A model generated the notes under the pieces. It ran no database searches and was not told the DNA's origin. It worked only from the letters and a program-made list of their open reading frames with translations. Shown piece by piece: positions 49,080 to 58,940 of a stretch of DNA of 64,000 bases (position 1 is the first letter of the stretch; the number at the start of each line of letters is the position of its first letter). This DNA comes from an uncultured Verrucomicrobiae bacterium. Its GTDB lineage: Bacteria > Verrucomicrobiota > Verrucomicrobiia > Chthoniobacterales > JAFAMB01. The translations under genes were made by a program, and so were the position numbers. The stretch is from contig CAVXLD010000003.1 in the NCBI GenBank assembly GCA_963762565.1, forward strand, positions 704,001 to 768,000, given 5' to 3'.

Positions 49080-49699
49080 CAGTTTGCTTCCCAGCCGATG
49101 CCGGTGCGCAGAAGTCGATAATTGACGAGATCGGTAAGAACCAAGGCGGCCCTTTTGACTGTATCAAGATTACCCATGGTAAAGCCGGGAGGTGAACCAG
49201 CGACCGGTACCGAGCGCCCGTCCTCCTGCCGGACATTGATCAGTTGGACACAGGAAACCACCCCTCGGCAGGCGTTCAAAATGTAAAACGGCACGACAAT
49301 CATGGCGTAGGTCGTAACTCGGAGTTTCTGATCCAGCAGACCGCTGTGAAGTTCATGCCGGTAAACTTCGTTCTCGGCGAACCCCTGTTCACTAATAAAC
49401 GAGGTGCTCACGATCCCCGCGTTCAGCGGTTGCTTGAACCCGACAATGTTTGTGGCGTTCGGACCGGAATTGTACGCAATCACGAGGTGTTCTCGTGCCT
49501 GATCGAGGATCCAGAGACTACCTTCATCGGCGTTGACCGCCGCGAACACGTCGCGCAGCACATTTCCCGTTCGAAAATCGAGTAGGCTGCCGAAATTCTC
49601 TGGGGTAATCAGATCCGCCATTCTCTGCAGACGTTCTGTTAACGGCGCACGGAGCGGTGCGAATCGCTCGTCGGGCAGGAAGTTCAGGCGAGTAGACAT
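49079..49699 (-). CDS. Stand-alone GAF-domain protein
   Basis: ADEGSLWILD, QPLNAGIV, AMIVVPF, GVVSCVQLIN. TGATG overlap with the S8 gene. Confidence 0.8.
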   Translation of the reverse strand: MSTRLNFLPDERFAPLRAPLTERLQRMADLITPENFGSLLDFRTGNVLRDVFAAVNADEGSLWILDQAREHLVIAYNSGPNATNIVGFKQPLNAGIVSTSFISEQGFAENEVYRHELHSGLLDQKLRVTTYAMIVVPFYILNACRGVVSCVQLINVRQEDGRSVPVAGSPPGFTMGNLDTVKRAALVLTDLVNYRLLRTGIGWEAN

Positions 49700-49938
49700 A
49701 CCGAACCGGTGAGAGGTGATTGGTGAGAAGTGATTGGTTACGCGCTGCGTTTCCTCTATGAGTACACCGGTTGGGGCCACTACGTCCACTCAGTCCACTG
49801 AGGTCCACTTCGTCCACTAGCCGACCACGCCCGCTCGCCTCCTAGCCTTCTAGATCCTAACTCCTAGCTCCTTCTTCTGCCATTTTCCATAGACTTTCTT
49901 GTCAGCATCGCTAATATCCTGCCCCGTTCAGTTTCGGT

Positions 49939-50637
49939 ATGGCGAACCAAGACGATTTGACTGTCGCCCAGGCAGCGCTGCGCGGCGACTCAGCGGCTGT
50001 CAGTGCGGTCCTCGACGAGTTACCTTACGCTTTGGGTGTACTCCTCTCGAAATGTACCGACTCGGATTCTGAAGAAAAATCGCGCGAGATTATTGATGAT
50101 TTGCCCGGCGACCTTCTAGCTGGGGTCGACCGTGATGGCAAAACCATCAAGCTGTTAGAGATGTACCAAGGCCGCGCTTCCTTGCGGTCATGGATTACGG
50201 TTGTAGCTCTCTCTCGCTTGAAAAGCTGGTGGCGAGGTCCGGGCTATCGGAAGCGTGAGAGAGGAGTTGAGCCGCACCAGGATCAAGGCACGTTATCGGG
50301 TAACGGAAGCGATCGACCCGCTGAAGAGCCCCACAATGCCTCGGATGTGCTCGCTCTTTTGGCCGATGCCTTAACCGATAGCTTGCGAAGTCTAACCCCG
50401 AGGGAATCGGTCTGTCTCCGGTTGGTTTATTTACACAGCGTTGAGCAGCAACGTCTCGCCAGAATGTTGGGGTGTCACGCCGCTACCATCAGCCGCGACC
50501 TTGACCAAACCAAACTTGCCATTAAGCGGCGGCTAATTTGGAATCTTAAATTGCTTGATCCTTTCTTAGAGATTACTTGGGAAGATTGCGTGAGGCTTTG
50601 TGCGTCAGAATCGATCTCGATTTTTGACAGCTTTTGA
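49939..50637 (+). CDS. Divergent ECF-type sigma-70 factor
   Basis: Region 2-like YQGRASLRSWITVVA; region 4 LTPRE..LRL.Y......LARMLGCHAATISR. Confidence 0.75.
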   Translation: MANQDDLTVAQAALRGDSAAVSAVLDELPYALGVLLSKCTDSDSEEKSREIIDDLPGDLLAGVDRDGKTIKLLEMYQGRASLRSWITVVALSRLKSWWRGPGYRKRERGVEPHQDQGTLSGNGSDRPAEEPHNASDVLALLADALTDSLRSLTPRESVCLRLVYLHSVEQQRLARMLGCHAATISRDLDQTKLAIKRRLIWNLKLLDPFLEITWEDCVRLCASESISIFDSF

Positions 50638-50664
50638 ACCTGCAAAGCAGGCCAAAATTTGGAC

Positions 50665-50892
50665 ATGGACGAAGTAGATCAGTTCAGGGCTGTGATGGGT
50701 TTCCTGGAACGGTTTGAGACCGAAGTGAGCGGTCGATCGGCTGAGTCGCTTGGCGCCGAAATGGAGGCAAAAATTCGCGGTCTAGCAGCTGGCACCCTCG
50801 ATGACAGTGAACGTGAACAGGTGCTGGAGGAGGTCTCCCGGAACCGAGCCGGCCTGGAATTGCTGGCTTCGTGCCTTCAGCGCGAGCATTAA
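50665..50892 (+). CDS. Small helical protein, paralog 1 (anti-sigma-like)
   Basis: 75 aa: FRAVMGFL..EVSGR..RGLAAG..LELLA. Confidence 0.75.
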   Translation: MDEVDQFRAVMGFLERFETEVSGRSAESLGAEMEAKIRGLAAGTLDDSEREQVLEEVSRNRAGLELLASCLQREH

Positions 50893-51380
50893 GTCGTCCT
50901 CGTCCTCGATTTGAGCGGTTGGTGCGTTGATGCGATGCGCGGCTGCCCACCGCCTGGAGGGGAGCCGCTTTGGCATTCATCTCTCCGCCCTCGCGAATTT
51001 CCTCTCAACACTAATCGGGCCGAAGCGTGCAAAAACAGGCGGCTCCCGGGAACCACCCAACGGTTTGCAACTCTACGGCCGGGTTGTAAACGAATCGGAG
51101 CCACGGGTAAATCATCACGCTGGGTTATTCGCGGGAGCCGCCTGTTGCGAGATTCTTTCGTCGGATTGAGCGCTGGAACAAATATCGCGAGGTCGCCGCG
51201 TGCATGCCAAAGCGGCTCCCCTCCGGGCGGTGGGCGATCGCACAACGCACCAACCGCTCGAAAATCGAGGACGAAAACCGACGGCCCGCTCCTCGCGCCC
51301 CTGCAAATTTCCTGCAATCGAAGCCCGACCTGCAGTCCTTCCAAAGGGAACGAATAATTGTTCCCCAAGGGAAAAATGTA

Positions 51381-51638
51381 ATGAATGTACTTGGCACGTC
51401 TCAGGATTTTGAAGAATTTGGCGCGCTGCTCCACTTTTCGGATGACGCGTCTGAAGAGGTATTTGGCCGAATGGCCGACGATATTTCGGCTGAAGCCGAC
51501 GACCGGTTAAGGGCGCTCGCCAGCGGAAAGCTAGGTCCTAAAGAGCGAAGTTACCTGCTCGAAGAACTAGTTGGTAGCCCCGAATTGCTTAGGCGATTGG
51601 CGGAACACCTCCGAGGTCAACTGTCGAACGAGCATTAG
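51381..51638 (+). CDS. Small helical protein, paralog 2 (anti-sigma-like)
   Basis: 85 aa: FGALLHF..EVFGR..RALASG..LRRLA. Confidence 0.7.
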   Translation: MNVLGTSQDFEEFGALLHFSDDASEEVFGRMADDISAEADDRLRALASGKLGPKERSYLLEELVGSPELLRRLAEHLRGQLSNEH

Positions 51639-51764
51639 CGATCCAGCCCGCACTTTGTCCGGCAAGCGAATTCGTGCAACTGGGCTTTCGATCGAGCGTC
51701 TTTTCACCGGACCGCACTGGCAGTGCTACTACTAAGCGGAGTCTGAGCGGCCAAGATTAATACG

Positions 51765-51986
51765 ATGACAGAAGAACAACAATTTCGAGCCGTACTTGGT
51801 TTCCTCGGCAGATTCGGAGCCGAGGTCTCAGGCCGGATCGCGCTGGATCCCGACTTCGACGACCGGCTACGGTTATTGGCTGATGGCTCGTTCGCTCGAG
51901 ACCAAAAAGCTCTGGATGATATCATAGCCGTCACCGCCGGGGACCCGGAGGCGCTAAGCCGATTGGCGGATTATCTGCGGCGATAA
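51765..51986 (+). CDS. Small helical protein, paralog 3 (anti-sigma-like)
   Basis: 73 aa: FRAVLGFL..EVSGR..RLLADG..LSRLA. Confidence 0.75.
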   Translation: MTEEQQFRAVLGFLGRFGAEVSGRIALDPDFDDRLRLLADGSFARDQKALDDIIAVTAGDPEALSRLADYLRR

Positions 51987-52173
51987 TAGGCCCGGGGAGG
52001 GATCGCGTCCCCGCGATCCGCTGTTATCGAAGCCCAGGACATATTGTGACCACGGACGAAAGTATGCCCTTAGGTGGTGGCAAATCCTCGCGGCGCGCGG
52101 GGACGCGCGCCCTCCCGGCGATGGGCCGCACTCGACGCATTACCTTAGGCTCTCATGAGTCGCAGCTTCGCGG

Positions 52174-53121
52174 CTAGTCCCCATGAACGACACTCCAGAT
52201 GGTATTCAAGGCATTTCCCTCTAGTCGGTTGTTGACGTAGCAGAAGAGGGGTTTCCCATCTTCCTGCGGGAGATCAAAAATTAGGCGGCGAGCTGAGCTC
52301 CGCGCGTCTTCGTTTACTTCACGGGTTTCCCGATAAGGGCTAAAAAGCTGAACTGCCCTTTCGTAGGGCCTTCCCCGGCGCAAAAGGAATCGGGCCACCC
52401 TGAAATCGGCGGTGAAAATTTTACGGCGTTTAAGCTGTTCGCTGACTTCCGGCATATATGCCCATTGGCTTAAAACATGAGCAACGCCATGCTTGGCCAA
52501 TACCTCCAAATAAGCATCAGTTAAGAATTTTTCGGTTCGGATTTCGACCGAATAGGGCCAACCTGGCGGCAAGGCTTGCAAGAATTTATCCAGCTGGACG
52601 AGGAATTCATCGACACCCTTGAAATCGCCGGGACGAAACTCAGCAAATTCGAAGATCAAAGATCCAATCTGCTCGCGATACGGCTCCAGCAGCCGAAGGA
52701 ACGAATTGTAAAAGAGCTCGGCATTCAGGAAATTTGGATTGAGCTGACCCCGGCGATCGCCGAAACGCAGCAGTTTAGGAAACCGTAAAAAAGTGATTTC
52801 ATCGGTGACCTTCCAGGTGAACTTAAAACTGGGCGGAACCTGACCGACGAGTTTTTCCAAATAACGTTCGTCCGGAAAGCGATAGTAGCCGGCATCGACG
52901 CAGACACTTGGGAAGTATTGGCTGTATTCGTTCAGACATTCCTGTTCGAACCTGGTTTTCGAGAACCGGGAACGGTTCTCATAGTTGGCGCGGTCGTACA
53001 GCATTCCCAGCCAGCCTTCGTATTTCCAAGAGGATGTGCCGACATAGATTTGCGCTTCTGCCAAGGCCTTCAGGCGGCTGGCCATCCGATCCCGATCGAA
53101 GGCCGCGAACAGATCAAGCAT
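52174..53121 (-). CDS. DUF72 family protein
   Basis: YVGTSSWKYEGW, YSQYF..V, FTWKV, VEIR, YVNN..GNA. Confidence 0.85.
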   Translation of the reverse strand: MLDLFAAFDRDRMASRLKALAEAQIYVGTSSWKYEGWLGMLYDRANYENRSRFSKTRFEQECLNEYSQYFPSVCVDAGYYRFPDERYLEKLVGQVPPSFKFTWKVTDEITFLRFPKLLRFGDRRGQLNPNFLNAELFYNSFLRLLEPYREQIGSLIFEFAEFRPGDFKGVDEFLVQLDKFLQALPPGWPYSVEIRTEKFLTDAYLEVLAKHGVAHVLSQWAYMPEVSEQLKRRKIFTADFRVARFLLRRGRPYERAVQLFSPYRETREVNEDARSSARRLIFDLPQEDGKPLFCYVNNRLEGNALNTIWSVVHGD

Positions 53122-53475
53122 GGTGGTACGGTGGACAACCGGGCCAGCGCCGTCAACGAGCGGAAGTGGGGCACTAGTGGACGGAGTAGACACAGTGTGG
53201 ACGTAGTGGACATGGTGGCAGCCGGTCCTGGGTAGCCCGCAACGGAGCGTGTCCACTACGTCTACTTTGTCCACTGAGTCCACTCCGTCCACTGGCGCTG
53301 CTTACCGCTTACTGCTTACCGCTTACTGCTTACTGCTTACTGGCATGCGCACCGCTCATCGATATCTTTAGTGCAGCGAGTCCAATGCAAGGTTACACGT
53401 AACCAATATCTGGCTGATTCGTCATTCTTCGTGAATAAGCCATCTGGCTGAATCGTCATTCTCCGTGAACACGCT

Positions 53476-53736
53476 ATGAAAAAATTGGTTCTAATTCTTG
53501 GGCTGGTATTCGCCGTAAACCTGGTTGCGCAGGTGCCTGCGAAAGCAGGTTGGTGGATCGGTTTCCCCATACCTTTGCCAGTTCCGGTACCCGTCTGGTA
53601 CGGTCCGGGTCCGGGTTGGGTGGGGCCAGGTTACTACGCTGGCGGCTATTATTGGGGACCCGGTGGCTATCGTTACTACGGGCATCCTTACTGGCGTGGC
53701 CGGTACTGGGCGCATGGCCGCTGGTACTGGAGGTAA
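53476..53736 (+). CDS. Small exported Gly/Tyr/Trp/Pro-rich protein
   Basis: Signal peptide ending PAKA; YWGPG and YWAHGRW repeats. Confidence 0.75.
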   Translation: MKKLVLILGLVFAVNLVAQVPAKAGWWIGFPIPLPVPVPVWYGPGPGWVGPGYYAGGYYWGPGGYRYYGHPYWRGRYWAHGRWYWR

Positions 53737-54072
53737 GGGGCAGTCCGGGAGGGATCGCTGCCTGTCCGACATAGCCGTTCGTTGCGCGCTTCCTCTTCCC
53801 AGGGCTGGCGACGTCGGATCCTCGCGATCCGGATTGTTACCGAGGCCGAGGACGTGTTCTGATCGCGGACAAAATACACCTTAGGGTTGTGGCACGTCTT
53901 CGCGGCGCGCGGGGATCTGACGTCGCCCCGTTGGGAGAAAAATCGATCGGATGCCTTAGGCTATGTCGGACAGGCAGCGCGCCCTCCCTGGTTTCGCACG
54001 CTGCGACTACGCCGGCTTCAATACTCCGTTACTCCATTACTCCAGCGCTTCGCCACTCCAACGCTCCTTCCC

Positions 54073-54885
54073 TCACAGCGTCTGAGCCAAAAACCCGCCG
54101 TCGACTCGTAGATCGATTCCGGTGACAAAGCCACTGGCTGCTGAGCTGGCCAAAAAGATGACCGCTCCGGCCAACTCGTCTGGCTCACCAAACCGTTTCA
54201 TCGGGGTGTGATTCATGATCGCCTGACCTCTCTCGGTCGGTGTACCGTTTTCATTGAAAAGTAGACGCCGATTTTGTTCGCCCGGGAAAAATCCGGGCGT
54301 AACGGAGTTTACTCGCACACCATACGGAGCCCATTCACGAGCCAGGAATTGCGTCATGTTAACCAGGGCCGCCTTGGCTGCCGCGTACGCGACCACCCGC
54401 GACAAAGGAATATGGGCCGCGATACTAGCGATATTGATGATACTTCCATGGCCAGCCGCTTGCATAGCGGCTCCAAATTCCTGACAAGGTAGAAAAGCTC
54501 CCGCGGTCAAATTGAGATCAAAACTGGCGCGCCAATCTTCTGCTGGAATCTGTTCGAAGGGCAGATCTTTGGTCACAGTGACCTTAGGATCGTTTCCTCC
54601 CGCGGCGTTTACCAGTATGGTCGGCGCGCCCCATTGATCGATAATCTTTTCTTTTGCGGCCTTTAACGAATTTCGGTCCGACGCGTCCGCGAGAAAAAAA
54701 TCTGCCGTGCCGCCATTCTCTCGGATTGCTCTAACCCTGGCTTGACCGCGTTCCGTGTTCCGCCCAAGCACAGCCACGCTGGCGCCAGCTCCGGCTAAGG
54801 CTTGGCTCATGGCTCCGCCGAGAACGCCCGTCGCCCCGATAACCACTCCCACCTGGCCGGTAAGATCAAACAAATCCTTTTTCAT
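54073..54885 (-). CDS. SDR oxidoreductase (D-mannonate oxidoreductase-like)
   Basis: GATGVLG, NAAGGN, YAAAK, PGFF, HTPMKRFG. Confidence 0.88.
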   Translation of the reverse strand: MKKDLFDLTGQVGVVIGATGVLGGAMSQALAGAGASVAVLGRNTERGQARVRAIRENGGTADFFLADASDRNSLKAAKEKIIDQWGAPTILVNAAGGNDPKVTVTKDLPFEQIPAEDWRASFDLNLTAGAFLPCQEFGAAMQAAGHGSIINIASIAAHIPLSRVVAYAAAKAALVNMTQFLAREWAPYGVRVNSVTPGFFPGEQNRRLLFNENGTPTERGQAIMNHTPMKRFGEPDELAGAVIFLASSAASGFVTGIDLRVDGGFLAQTL

Positions 54886-55263
54886 GCTCCTTCAGTGGAT
54901 CACGTTCGCAGGCAAGAAGCTAGCGAGGGAACGAGCCTTGCCCCAACTCGTGCTCGAAGCCCCTCGCGATCGTTCTCGTTCTCGTCGTCGTCCGCGTCCT
55001 CGAGCATTCCCAGCGCGTTCCCGCTTCCCGGGATGGTTACCTACCCAGCGCGATAGAATCATCAGTTGTTCCGCGCACTGGGCTAGGTACAGCGCATCGA
55101 ATCGAGGACGAGGACGACGACGAGAACGAGGACGATTGTCGGGGGCTTTGCGCACGAGCACGATTTTATGAGCGGTCTTCGGTTTCGGCACCTTTCTATT
55201 TGCCAAAACCCGGTAAGCGGTTAGAGGCTTTCGCAGCGGAAGGACTTCAATCTACAAACGCTT

Positions 55264-56031
55264 ATGAAACTCGAAGGAAAAACGGTGGTCATCACCGGGG
55301 GAGGCCAGGGTATTGGCCAAGGGATCGCTTATCGGCTAGCCGATGAAGGTGCAGGTATCGTTATCGACTATGTTGGGAACCCGCAACCGGCGAAGGAGAC
55401 CGTCGCTAAGATTCAGGAAAAAGGCCGCAAAGGATTAGCCGTGGAGGCCGACATTTCATCGGTCGACCAGATTCATGGCCTGATGAAGCAAGCGATCGAC
55501 TACTTTGGCGCCGTGGACGTGCTGATCAACAACGCTGGCGTGGAAAAGCATGCTTCGATCTGGGAAGCGTCCGAGCGCGATTATGATCTGGTTTTGGGGA
55601 TCAATTTGAAAGGCGCCTACTTTGCCAGCCAGGCCTTTGTTCAGCACCGCATGGCAGTGAAAAAGCCGGGCAAAATCATCAACGTTAGCTCGGTGCACGA
55701 AGATCTGCCGTTTCCGCATTTCACTTCCTATTGCGCCAGCAAAGGCGGAATGAAAATGATGATGCGCAATCTATCGATCGAACTAGCGCCTTACGGAATT
55801 ACCGTCAATAACATCGCTCCGGGCGCGATCGAGACGCCGATTAATACCGCCCTCCTAAATGATCCGCCTAAGCTGAAGGCGCTGCTGGACAACATTCCGC
55901 TCGGCCGGCTAGGGCAGGTCGGCGACGTCGCAGGTGTGGCAGCTTTTCTGGCCTCGTCGGACGCAGATTATATTACCGGCACCACCATTGTCATCGACGG
56001 CGGCCTAACCTGGAACTATAGCGAGCAATGA
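55264..56031 (+). CDS. SDR oxidoreductase (glucose 1-dehydrogenase-like)
   Basis: TGGGQGIG, NNAG, SSVHE, YCASK, PGAIETPIN. Confidence 0.9.
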   Translation: MKLEGKTVVITGGGQGIGQGIAYRLADEGAGIVIDYVGNPQPAKETVAKIQEKGRKGLAVEADISSVDQIHGLMKQAIDYFGAVDVLINNAGVEKHASIWEASERDYDLVLGINLKGAYFASQAFVQHRMAVKKPGKIINVSSVHEDLPFPHFTSYCASKGGMKMMMRNLSIELAPYGITVNNIAPGAIETPINTALLNDPPKLKALLDNIPLGRLGQVGDVAGVAAFLASSDADYITGTTIVIDGGLTWNYSEQ

Positions 56032-56098
56032 CAAAGGTTGCCGAGGCCCCAGTCGGTATCGGCTATCGGCTATCGGCTATTGGCTATTCGCGAAGCGC

Positions 56099-56491
56099 AT
56101 GGATCTCATCAGTCCGCATCCCTCGCAACAAACGGCGGATTTATTGGCTTCATTTCTTTCCGGTAAAGGAATGAAGATTTTTGCGCGGATCGATCAAGCG
56201 GCCGAGGCTGCGGCCGTTGGGATGACGCTGCGGCCCACCATCCTGCTTCTGTTTGGGAACCCAAAGGCGGGAACGCCGTTGATGGAACAATACCCAGAGC
56301 TCGCTCTGGAACTTCCTCTGAAAGCGTTGATTTGGGAAGAGGCCGGTAAAGTCCATGTGACCTTCACCGGTCCGGACGAATTGCGTGAACGGTATCACTT
56401 ACCCTTCACGCCATTCGAGGCGTTACCGGGGCTGCTCAAGAGCGCGCTGGGGGTGGCGGCTGCGCCGCGAGAGGTGATTGGTGATTGGTGA
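56099..56491 (+). CDS. DUF302 family protein
   Basis: IFARIDQ..A..GM.LRPT.LL.FGNPKAGTPLM..LELPLK. Confidence 0.88.
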   Translation: MDLISPHPSQQTADLLASFLSGKGMKIFARIDQAAEAAAVGMTLRPTILLLFGNPKAGTPLMEQYPELALELPLKALIWEEAGKVHVTFTGPDELRERYHLPFTPFEALPGLLKSALGVAAAPREVIGDW

Positions 56492-56504
56492 GAAGTGATT
56501 GGTT

Positions 56505-56764
56505 GTCCCGTAGGGACTAGCAGATCGTAACCTCGCAATTTATTGCCAGGAGGAATCCGCCACCGGAATCGTCCCGGAGGGTACGGTCTGAGTGTTTAAC
56601 CTTAGCGGCTTCGTTCGCTGCGCCTTTAGTCATTTCGTGGCTGCGAATGTTTGGTGACAAATCCGGACTCATGCCGCGAATCACACCGTACCCTACGGGA
56701 CGGATCTTCGGACGCCTTTCCCTGGCAACAAATTGCAGGCTACGATCACTAGTCCCTACGGGAC
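56505..56764. mobile_element. Non-autonomous REPIN of family E (same arms as the tnpA element)
   Basis: GTCCCGTAGGGAC...GTCCCGGAGGGTACGG / CCGTACCCTACGGGAC...GTCCCTACGGGAC, wrapped by GTGATTG/CAATCAC heptamers. Confidence 0.75.
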
Positions 56765-56810
56765 AACCAATCACCAATCACTATTCACCAATCACTTCTC
56801 ACAGCCCAGC

Positions 56811-58205
56811 TCAAATCTCCCACGTTAGCGCTGTCTCGGCCCGCTCGAGGGAAACAAGCTGAGGACGCGTAGCGTGGCGAACTGCGTGCATGCCGCCCAT
56901 CACGTTACTCAGGCGCTCGAACCCTTCGGCTTCCAGTAGACTTGCTGCGATTGAACTTCGGTAGCCGCTCCCGCACAGAATGACCAGGGGCGCGTTGTGG
57001 GCAAAGCTACCCGACCGCTGTGAAAGTCGCGGCAACGGGATGTTCACAGAGCCTTCCACATGGTCCTGGGTCCATTCCGGGACCGACCTGACATCGAGCA
57101 CCATCGGTCGTTGACCGCTTTCCAATCGCTCAACAAAATCTCGAGCGCCAATCTGCGTAATCTGCAGGGTTTCGCCTAAATCATCTGCGGGAACAAAACC
57201 CAGGATCTGATCAAACCCGATCCTAGACAGTTCAAGCCGGGCGCGTTTTACCTCCGATTCATAGTCTGCCACTAATAAGATTGGCAGGTCTGGGCTAACA
57301 AAAAAGCCGCACCAAACGGCGAAAGAAGGACTGGCGATCCCAATATTCAAACTGCCGGCAACATGCGCATCACCAAACAAAGCCGGGGCCCGTAGATCCA
57401 GGACCGTAGCGCCCTCCTGTCTTAATGCGTCGAATTCGGATATTTCCAGGCGCTTGACTTCAGCAAGCTCGGAAAAGGGTGGGGCGCCGTGCAGATTAAT
57501 CGTTACCGAACGGCTGAAATAAGGAGGACGATCCGGCAAGTTGTTAATCATGGCATCGACGAATTGCTGTTGGTCGTTGAACTGGAGAGCCCAGTTGGTT
57601 GCCATCTCTGCGCCGATGGTAGTGAATGGCGCCGATGAAATCTGGCGGCCGCACAAGGACCCAGCGCCGTGTGCAGGATAAACCTTCACATCAGCCGGAA
57701 GCTTTAACAGTTTGTTGAAGAGCGAATCGTAAAGCAAAGTGGCGAGCTCAGTCGCGGGAAGCTCGCGATCGCGTAGATCGGGCCGGCCAACATCGCCCGA
57801 GAACAGCGTGTCGCCTGTGAACACCGCGATCGCACGGCCGTCTTCGGATACGCAAAGGCAGACGCTATCCGGTGAGTGACCGGGCGTGGCCAAAACCGCG
57901 ATCTCAAGCGAACCCACATGGAAACGGTCACCTTCTTTGAGATCCTGATGCGGGAACGTCGCAGGCGCTTTTTCCGAGATAAAAATCGGCGCCCCGGTCC
58001 GCGCCGCCAATTCTGCGTGCCCAGCCACGAAATCTGCATGCGGATGCGTTAGAAAGATGCCTTTCAGTGACAACTTATTCTGGGCCAGATAGTCCAAGTA
58101 ACCATCCACCCTCCGCTCCGGATCAATGACAATCGCTTCGTTGTGCGACGTCACAACGTAAGACGCATGCGCCAGTCCAGAAACAAAGAATCGTTCAACG
58201 TGCAT
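56811..58205 (-). CDS. MBL-fold hydrolase-rhodanese fusion (persulfide dioxygenase/sulfurtransferase-like)
   Basis: THPHADF, TPGHS, TGDTLF.GDVGRPDL, PAHGAGSLCG, CGSGYRS. Confidence 0.9.
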   Translation of the reverse strand: MHVERFFVSGLAHASYVVTSHNEAIVIDPERRVDGYLDYLAQNKLSLKGIFLTHPHADFVAGHAELAARTGAPIFISEKAPATFPHQDLKEGDRFHVGSLEIAVLATPGHSPDSVCLCVSEDGRAIAVFTGDTLFSGDVGRPDLRDRELPATELATLLYDSLFNKLLKLPADVKVYPAHGAGSLCGRQISSAPFTTIGAEMATNWALQFNDQQQFVDAMINNLPDRPPYFSRSVTINLHGAPPFSELAEVKRLEISEFDALRQEGATVLDLRAPALFGDAHVAGSLNIGIASPSFAVWCGFFVSPDLPILLVADYESEVKRARLELSRIGFDQILGFVPADDLGETLQITQIGARDFVERLESGQRPMVLDVRSVPEWTQDHVEGSVNIPLPRLSQRSGSFAHNAPLVILCGSGYRSSIAASLLEAEGFERLSNVMGGMHAVRHATRPQLVSLERAETALTWEI

Positions 58206-58484
58206 ACTCTAAAGGTGAGAAGTGAGAGGTGAGAGGTGAGAAGTGATCGGTTGGAGAGCTTCAAAGGACACACGAGCGGCAGACTTTGGCGACCCAGTCA
58301 CATCCATAACCTCGAATATGCCTTATATGCCTCAGATGCGCCATACGGCGCAAGAACCGATCAGCCCCCATCGGTCATATAGGTCCTATCGGTCCCATAA
58401 GTCCTATCCATGCCAACCCGAGCGACACCACCAACTGGTAAACGACCCACCCCGCAACGGCTAAACCCCCCGAAACCCCAAACT

Positions 58485-58754
58485 CTACGGACGCCTTCGC
58501 GGTGGATCAACCGTGGGAAAACTCTGGATCCGTCGTTTTGGTGAGATCACCTTCAAACAACGGAAGAAGAGATAAAAGCCGCCGAAAAGAAACGCCAGGA
58601 TGATAAACAGCAGCAAGAAAGTCCGGGGTGTACTCGTTTCACCGTACATGAGGCCAGCGGCCACACTGGCTGTTCCCAAACAGAAGATGCTACCTATCCC
58701 ATTTGCTAGCAGTAGCCCACACTTGCGAAGAAAACTAAGATAGACCGAAGCCAA
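58485..58754 (-). CDS. Small two-helix membrane protein
   Basis: Two hydrophobic segments and a basic tail, in unique sequence. Confidence 0.45.
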   Translation of the reverse strand: MASVYLSFLRKCGLLLANGIGSIFCLGTASVAAGLMYGETSTPRTFLLLFIILAFLFGGFYLFFRCLKVISPKRRIQSFPTVDPPRRRP

Positions 58755-58940
58755 TTTTCACTAATAATACGGCGTTAACAGATGGGTAGCAACCGGTGGT
58801 TCACAGGCAGCTCCGGAGGAGCGAAATCTTTATAGGACTATTGGTGTCTTCTTCAGACCGTCTCCAGGTTTTCCGTTTTCCAGATACAGATGCCTGGTTA
58901 GGCTAATCCGGTTCGTAACCAACATTCCCCTTCGCTAGCG

